A DNA stretch of 64,000 nucleotides from a virus: positions 32,001-96,000 of IMG/VR virus record IMGVR_UViG_3300025929_000013, one strand, 5' to 3'. The position numbers and the translations under genes are program-made. Under the pieces are notes generated by a model that saw nothing but the letters and a program-made list of their open reading frames with translations, did no database searches and was not told the origin of the DNA. Of the stretch, positions 58,233 through 64,000 are shown piece after piece. Each line of letters starts with the position of its first letter. Within the stretch, counting starts at the first letter, position 1.

Positions 58233-58513
58233 GACGCACCCTCCGCATCGGTGGTGGTCTCCGATTCGAGCGGCAGGTAGAGCCCGCGCATCATGATGTT
58301 GAGGTTGCCGTTCTCCGTGTCGAGGTGGCCGTTGGCGTCGACCAGCAGGCCGCGCTTGAAGGCCGCCTTGTCCAGGTGCATGGTGATCAGGTCGATGACG
58401 GCCTCCGGCTGGGAGGTGTCGTTGCTCGCCCAGGACTGCATCGTTTTGAGCTGGCTGTCCAGCTGGCGGCGCACCTGGTCCGGAGTTCCGGCGGCGACGA
58501 GGCTGAAACTCAT
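58229..58513 (-). CDS. Hypothetical protein
   Basis: Overlap-coupled operon gene. Confidence 0.6.
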   Translation of the reverse strand: MSFSLVAAGTPDQVRRQLDSQLKTMQSWASNDTSQPEAVIDLITMHLDKAAFKRGLLVDANGHLDTENGNLNIMMRGLYLPLESETTTDAEGAS

Positions 58514-58791
58514 GAAGGGGTGTCCTCACAGGGTTCGAAGTTCTCGGTGAAACGCGACTCGGGGAATCCCAGGCGCCGGGTGTGGGTGTCGGTGACCCAC
58601 TCGCCGCCGCGCAGGACCGCGGCCTCATAGGCGTGCTCGACGATCACGACGGGCTCCGCGCTGGTCTCGACACCCGCGGCGCCGGGCTCGGCGATCTCGA
58701 CGATCGTGAACACCGAGCCGGGGGGAAGGGCGTGCTCGCCCTCGCCGAAGGGGACCAGGGAGCGTGCGTGCGCGCCGACGCTCAGTGCCAC
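58510..58791 (-). CDS. Hypothetical protein
   Basis: Overlap-coupled operon gene. Confidence 0.6.
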   Translation of the reverse strand: MALSVGAHARSLVPFGEGEHALPPGSVFTIVEIAEPGAAGVETSAEPVVIVEHAYEAAVLRGGEWVTDTHTRRLGFPESRFTENFEPCEDTPS

Positions 58792-59129
58792 ACGAACCCC
58801 TTGCCATCCAGGTGGTCCGCGAAGTCGGTCGCGAGCTTGTAGGTGCGTCCGGCCTCGAAGTCGTAGTGCTTGCCCGCGCCGTAGGTCACGTCCTTCATGT
58901 CTTCCTTGATGCGCACCGTGCGGTACGGCTGGCGCACCTCGACCGCGGCGCTCGGCTCGACGGCCTTGGGCGTGACGTAGTCGACGACCTCGCTCTTGAC
59001 CTCGCGCGCGGCGTCCTGCGCCATCGTGATCTCGGCGGCGCGCTCGACGGCGGCCTCGTCGCGCTCCTTGGCCAGGCGGTCCGCCTCCTTGCCCGTGAAA
59101 TCCTGCGCCCGGCGCCGTTGCGTCGGCAT
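58782..59129 (-). CDS. Head-module hypothetical protein
   Basis: RBS AAGGAG; follows the capsid gene. Confidence 0.7.
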   Translation of the reverse strand: MPTQRRRAQDFTGKEADRLAKERDEAAVERAAEITMAQDAAREVKSEVVDYVTPKAVEPSAAVEVRQPYRTVRIKEDMKDVTYGAGKHYDFEAGRTYKLATDFADHLDGKGFVWH

Positions 59130-59227
59130 GTCAGCTCCTTGTGGTTGTGCGAGTCATGGGCACGGCGGCGGCAGTGACTGGGACCTGCCGCCGCATACTC
59201 ATGCAGAAAAACAGCCGAGAGATCGGG

Positions 59228-60494
59228 TCAGTTGGTGTTGACGACCACGACGGACTGATCGGTGATCAGGCCCATACCGAGGATCGCGTACCAAGCCAGT
59301 GCATGTTCACGTCCGAAGTCCAAGACGCCGCCGTCGCGCAATTCCACTGGTAGAGAGATCGCGTGGCCGTAGGCGTTGTCGCCGATGAACGTTGAGGAGT
59401 ACACATCGACCGGAACGGTGTTCTGTGTCTTCGTGACCTGAGTCGTCTCGATGAAGATCACGTCGAACAGACGTCCCACCTCACCAAGCATGAAATTCCC
59501 CGGAGCCGCATATTTAGTGACCTCGATGAACTCGGGCGCTTCACGCAAATGGCGCGATTGGTGCGGATGGATGAATCCGACGTAAGTCTCCCCAATCCGG
59601 GGCACATTCTTCGTCGCCAGGGTCTCCGCGACGTCGCGGATGGCGGCCGGGGTGAGGTTGTACGTCCCGGTCAGTCCGTTGGTGGAGGTGCCCACGGTGC
59701 CGAAGTCGTACGGGCTCTTGTTGGTGATCGAGCCGCTGGGGTTGGAGTACCCGAACAGCAGGCTGCTGGCCGTCTGCAACGTTGATTGGGCCAGATTATC
59801 AAGGTATTGAGCCATGTTGCGGCCCAGGAGACGGCTGGCCGAGGCCATGACGTCGTCGAAGGACGCGTTGAGCAACAGCTCGGTGACAGCCACCGCATAT
59901 CCATGCTCGGCGACTGTGATCGAGAACTGCGACGCCGTGAGGGCGTTGGTCTGCATGCGAACACCCTCGACGAGCTGCGCCGCAGCGCCCAGGTTGTTGT
60001 ATCGCATGAAGTTGATGGTAAGACCTGGAGATACACCCAGTTCTGTCTTCTTCACAGCGAACTGCTCGAAGCGCAGAATCGGCATGGCCTGGAAGCAAGT
60101 TGTTACCCAGCAGTTACCCACTAGGGCCAGGTCGTTTCCGCCTGGCTCTGCACCTTTTCCATCGGTGCAGATCGGACTGTATCTTCGGCTCCAGTCCCGG
60201 TCGGCTATACCGGCCTTCCGGTCCTGTTGGAGTCGCCTCGCGTGCAGTCTCTACGGCGTCCCCGGTACGGGTTCCCTCGGTATTCCCCGTGCCACGAGTC
60301 ATGTTCTACGAGCGTCGGTGGGGTTCACCGATACAGCGTGGTGTTTACTCGCCGGTCACCCGACGAGGTCCCCTGGTGTCGAGGATTTCCTTCGACCATA
60401 TAGTTTGGATCGCCTGCGACAGCTGGTTGTTGGACCCGCTGTAGTTCGTCGGCGAACCCGACAAGTTGGGTGTACCCGTGATCGCATTGGCCAT
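59228..60494 (-). CDS. Major capsid protein, spliced: exon 1 60494-60382 joined to exon 2 60095-59228 (326 aa)
   Basis: Joined reading MANAITGT...QTIWSKEIL-FQAMPILRFEQFA...; GEVGRLFDVIFIET capsid-type motif; AGGAG RBS before ATG at 60494. Confidence 0.92.
60096..60381 (-). ncRNA. Group I self-splicing intron (286 nt, no homing endonuclease)
   Basis: Exon ends in U, intron ends in G; P1 UCCU/GGGA; core elements CUGUAUCGGUGAA, GGGAAUACCGAG, CCGUAGAGACUG and AAGAUACAGUCC; P9 hairpins. Confidence 0.93.
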
Positions 60495-60530
60495 GGTCGG
60501 CCGCTCCTATCTCGGGCGTGCTTGTCCAGC

Positions 60531-61313
60531 TCAGCGGTAGAGACCGCCCTGCCGGACCTGGTTGGAGGCTGCCGCGAGTAGTTGCTGCCGATGCGTCGCG
60601 TACTCCGCCATGGACATCTCGGAGATGTCTTTCGGAGTCAGCGTGCGCTGTGCCGGGTCTGTGTCCATCGGGCCGATGTTGGGGCGTCCGGTGGCGGACA
60701 CCCCGCGCAGGCTGGCCTGACGCGCCTGCGCCTGTGCTCCCGAGATCGCGTCAACGATCGCGGAGGATTTGGCCGTGAGCATCGCGATCGAGGCGTCGAT
60801 CTCCTCACGGGTATTGCCGGTCACCAGGTCCAGAAGCTCCGGGGCGATCGCATCACGCGCCTCGTCGACCTTCGCCTGGGTGTACGACTTCAGCTCGTTG
60901 TACTGCCGTTCCTTGTCGAAGATCGCCCGCTCTTCCAGCCGCTGGCGCTCCATCTCCGCCATCTGGGCCTGCCAGCGCTCGGACTCCTGGCGAACGAAGT
61001 CCTTGGCGGACATCTCCGCCTCTTCCCGCGCCTTCTGCGCCGCGTCCGCGTCCGCCTTCGCCTTGGCGATCGCGTCGGCCTCGGCCTGGCGCTCGGTCTC
61101 CAGCGCCGCGAGCTTGGACTGGATCGAGTTGATCGTCTCGGACTGCTCGCTCAGGCGGCCGTAGAGCTTGTCGCGCTCGTCCTGGCGGGCCTTCTGAAGC
61201 GCCGCCTCGGTGAACATGCGCTCGGCGGCGGGGTCTGCGGACGGCGGGGGAGTGGGCACCGGCACCGGGATGGTGATGGTGCCTGCGGGGTCGGTGGTCG
61301 GATCGAGGTCCAC
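60531..61313 (-). CDS. Capsid scaffolding protein
   Basis: Acidic coiled coil between portal and capsid; ends I..MSM.EY...R..LL. Confidence 0.85.
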   Translation of the reverse strand: MDLDPTTDPAGTITIPVPVPTPPPSADPAAERMFTEAALQKARQDERDKLYGRLSEQSETINSIQSKLAALETERQAEADAIAKAKADADAAQKAREEAEMSAKDFVRQESERWQAQMAEMERQRLEERAIFDKERQYNELKSYTQAKVDEARDAIAPELLDLVTGNTREEIDASIAMLTAKSSAIVDAISGAQAQARQASLRGVSATGRPNIGPMDTDPAQRTLTPKDISEMSMAEYATHRQQLLAAASNQVRQGGLYR

Positions 61314-61316
61314 GTG

Positions 61317-63014
61317 TCACGTCTCCGAAGACTTGTTGGTGTCCGGATTTCGCCACTGGGCCAATTTCGTCCCTGCGGCGAGTGCCACGAGTTCGTCCTG
61401 TATTTTCTTCGTGTCCTCGCTCAGCCCGCCCACGCCGGGAAGGCCGGGGAGCGGAGCGGGGTCGCCGGACGCGGGGCCCGGCGGTGGTGCGGGCGGCTCT
61501 ACCCCCTCTGGGGGAAGGCCGGTCATGTCGAGGATAACACTGGCTATCTGAGCCTTTAGTAGGTCCAGTACACCCTGGTGTTTGGTCTCCTCAAGCTGCT
61601 CGTCGAAGATCTCGGCCAGTGCGTCGGCCGGGAACTCCTCGCCCAATTCTCGCAGCGCCCCGCGCTTGGACGTGAGCCCCAGCTGCAACTTAACCATCAG
61701 CTCGTTGAGTTTGACCAGGACGTCGACCGGCAGCGGCGGCGGGAAGTCGGCGACCGTGCGGTAGACGAGGGGGTCGGTGGGGTCGAGCACGTCGGCCTGG
61801 CTGGGATCTGTCTTGAGTCCCTCGGTGTCCGGGTCGTAGTTCAGGGTCTGCGGCTCGAACAGGAACAGCGTGCGCAGGGCGAGCTCGTTGATGCGCGCGA
61901 ACCCCGCGGAGTACTGGATGATCTTGCGGTGGTAGCGCAACATCATGGGCTGATATTGAATGCTGAGTGCCACGCCACTGGTGTTGCTGACCGGCTGCTC
62001 CTGGCCGAGCGCGTTCTCCGGCACGCCCGTCATCTCGTGCATCGCGGTCTTCAAAAACTGGAGGTACTGGAGCGCCCACTCCAGCTCGATGTTGTTCTCC
62101 AGGTTGTAGACCTTGGCGTCCTTGGGCAGCCCGCCCCACACCTTGCGAGGGCCCTTCTCAAGATTCGAAGCTTTGGCCCCTGAGATAATCGTCACCGGCG
62201 CCGCGTGGTAGTCGATGATCTCGCTGATGTTCGTGGCTTGCTCGTTGAGTTCCCTGTTCAGCGAGATGATGTCCGCGATGTCGGACAGCCCCCAGGGCGA
62301 CCCGGGCACCTCGATATTCGTGATCGGCACGATCGGGATCTCGCCGAGCCCGTTGGGGTGCGAGTCGATCAGCTCATCGTTGATGTACTCCTCGACATAC
62401 TCGTCCGTGATGATCTCAGTGTATGTATATACCTGCCGCGTGCCCTCTGTAGAGGTACCCCAAAAGCGGTATTTTAGCTTAAAACGGACAAGTCGCTCAG
62501 GATCGTGTGGATGATATTCAGGGAATGCGAAGCTCGGGTTGATCGCCAGCAGCCGCACGCGGCCGGGGTGCTGCATCCCCGCGGCGTCCGTCCACGCGGG
62601 CTCATACGCCACCTTCACGAAGACGTCCCCGCAGACCCCGGCGAGCTCGCCGATCTGCATCAGGAGCTTGTCCTTGCGGTTGTCGACCTCCCACACCCTT
62701 TTGAGCAGGGCGGGGACGATGTGCTCGGTGGCCTTGTCGCTGGCGAAGTGCACGCCGCGCGAGAAAGTGAAGGAGGTGATGAAGCGGGAGAACGCCGCCG
62801 TGTAGTTGAAGGTGAGCTGCGTTTCGCCCGATTCGCGACGATATCCCCAGTGATGTCCCAAAAACCACGCCAGATTCTGGGCATAACGGTTCAAACGTGG
62901 ACCATGCACCTCAAATTCCTCGTCGGCCAATTCGACGAGTCCGAGGGGTGATATAGCAACGGTGAGATCCGACGCCGCGGCCCGCATGGAGGGGGACGGG
63001 AACGACATCGACAC
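61317..63014 (-). CDS. Portal protein (SPP1 gp6-like)
   Basis: N.LG.IP.V...N, G.SDI and N.SGVAL; 565 aa upstream of the scaffold. Confidence 0.9.
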   Translation of the reverse strand: MSMSFPSPSMRAAASDLTVAISPLGLVELADEEFEVHGPRLNRYAQNLAWFLGHHWGYRRESGETQLTFNYTAAFSRFITSFTFSRGVHFASDKATEHIVPALLKRVWEVDNRKDKLLMQIGELAGVCGDVFVKVAYEPAWTDAAGMQHPGRVRLLAINPSFAFPEYHPHDPERLVRFKLKYRFWGTSTEGTRQVYTYTEIITDEYVEEYINDELIDSHPNGLGEIPIVPITNIEVPGSPWGLSDIADIISLNRELNEQATNISEIIDYHAAPVTIISGAKASNLEKGPRKVWGGLPKDAKVYNLENNIELEWALQYLQFLKTAMHEMTGVPENALGQEQPVSNTSGVALSIQYQPMMLRYHRKIIQYSAGFARINELALRTLFLFEPQTLNYDPDTEGLKTDPSQADVLDPTDPLVYRTVADFPPPLPVDVLVKLNELMVKLQLGLTSKRGALRELGEEFPADALAEIFDEQLEETKHQGVLDLLKAQIASVILDMTGLPPEGVEPPAPPPGPASGDPAPLPGLPGVGGLSEDTKKIQDELVALAAGTKLAQWRNPDTNKSSET

Positions 63015-63077
63015 CGCTGGCCCCTCCCTTCAGTGAGTTGATCTACACCTAGACTTACCGAGCTGTGCGCAGGAGTG

Positions 63078-64000
63078 TTAGTGGCCTACTTCGCGCTGCA
63101 TGTGTTTGATCAGTTCGTCGCTGCCGGTGTGGAAGAGCTCGGCGAAGTTCTTCGCGGCGCGCGCGATGTGCTCGCGGCGCTCGCGCACCGGATCGCGGTG
63201 GGCGTGGCCGGTGCGCGCCTCCTGCTCCTGCGGGTTGGCGGCGGCGTGCGCGTGGATCTTCGCGATCGCAATACGCTGCTCGCCGCCGCGTACCGCCTCG
63301 TGGGCCTGGTCGGCGCGTGCGTGCGCGGCCTGCGCCTCGTTCTCGGCCCGCGCGCTCTCCTCGGCGGTCTCGGCCCGCGCGGTCTTGGCGTGCGCGATGT
63401 GGACTTTCTCCTCGGCGAAGTGCGTCTTTTCGATGTTCGCGTGGTGGGCGACCTGCGCGCGTTGCGCGGCGACCTCCGCCAGGGCCATGCCGTGCTCGAC
63501 GCTGCCCTTGCCCCGGTTCGGGTCCGCGGCGACCTCCTCGGCCTTGCGCTTGGCCGTCAGGACGTCCGCAGCCGCGGCAGCCCGCGCGACACCGGCGCGG
63601 TTGGCCAGCATCCGCGAATGCGAGGCCCTCTCCATGTGCATGGAGACCTCGGGATTGCTGCGCCCCTCATCGACACTCGCGGCCCCGGGATGCGTCTCCA
63701 GCGTCTTGCGCAGCGCCGCCGCCTTCTGCTCGTGGACAGCCGCCGAGCGTGCGTCGCCCTCCGCGATGAGTCTGCGGTGCTGCTGCTCGTGCCACCCGGC
63801 GAGCGCGGTCATCTGCTGCGGGGTGTGCTGGACCTGCGGCTGTGGCGTCGGCGCGGCCTTTTTCGCGGCGGGCGCAGGGCCCTGATGCAGGTGCGCGTGC
63901 GCCGCGGTGTACGCCGCAGCCGCAGAGGGCGCAGGGGGAGAGGGGGCCGCGCGCTGCGCATCCGCCGGGGGGGAGGAGGCGGCTGCCTTCTTCGCAGCGC
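63078..64000 (-). CDS. Ala/His-rich low-complexity protein, 5'-truncated at window edge
   Basis: Frame stays open from the right edge (AAKKAA...QQ-MTALAG) to the stop at 63078. Confidence 0.65.
   Translation of the reverse strand, partial: AAKKAAASSPPADAQRAAPSPPAPSAAAAYTAAHAHLHQGPAPAAKKAAPTPQPQVQHTPQQMTALAGWHEQQHRRLIAEGDARSAAVHEQKAAALRKTLETHPGAASVDEGRSNPEVSMHMERASHSRMLANRAGVARAAAAADVLTAKRKAEEVAADPNRGKGSVEHGMALAEVAAQRAQVAHHANIEKTHFAEEKVHIAHAKTARAETAEESARAENEAQAAHARADQAHEAVRGGEQRIAIAKIHAHAAANPQEQEARTGHAHRDPVRERREHIARAAKNFAELFHTGSDELIKHMQREVGH

Larger units (their letters stand above)
1..64000. mobile_element. Temperate actinophage or prophage with contractile tail (partial; extends past both window edges)
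   Basis: Integrase, replication and recombination block, lysin and holin, baseplate, tape measure, tube, sheath, capsid, scaffold and portal in a coherent, mostly minus-strand gene order. Confidence 0.95.

Noticed and set aside
59228-60121. Capsid start given by the ORF track (MGNCWVTTC...)
   Set aside because: The first nine codons lie in the intron's 3' end; the real start is 60494

Overview
The window is almost entirely one high-GC actinobacterial temperate phage or prophage of contractile-tail (myovirus) type, cut off at both edges. From left to right it carries: a large serine integrase; accessory genes (a coiled-coil protein with a possible RelE-like C-terminus, three tailspike paralogues sharing an N-terminal domain, a whiJ-like XRE/DUF397/ATPase cluster and a TGT/DpdA-like protein); a GH25 endolysin; SpoVS; a recombination and replication block (RuvC-like, Cas4-like exonuclease, WhiB, RecA, family A DNA polymerase, SSB, SNF2 helicase, primase, DnaB, DnaC-like loader, HTH initiator); a holin; and baseplate, tail and head genes up to the portal. 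The terminase is not in the window. Main observations: (1) the major capsid gene is split by a 286-nt ORF-less group I intron that must be spliced out; (2) a dense field of GTGCAC palindromes is written into the SNF2 helicase coding sequence directly upstream of a DUF2637/SpdA-like membrane protein, a candidate membrane-tethered centromere/segregation system; (3) a probable +1 UUU-C frameshift in the tail assembly chaperone; (4) a small Acb2/Tad1-like candidate anti-defence protein among the head genes; (5) short AT-rich synonymous patches in otherwise GC3-rich structural genes. All product calls come from motif recognition by eye; no database searches were run.
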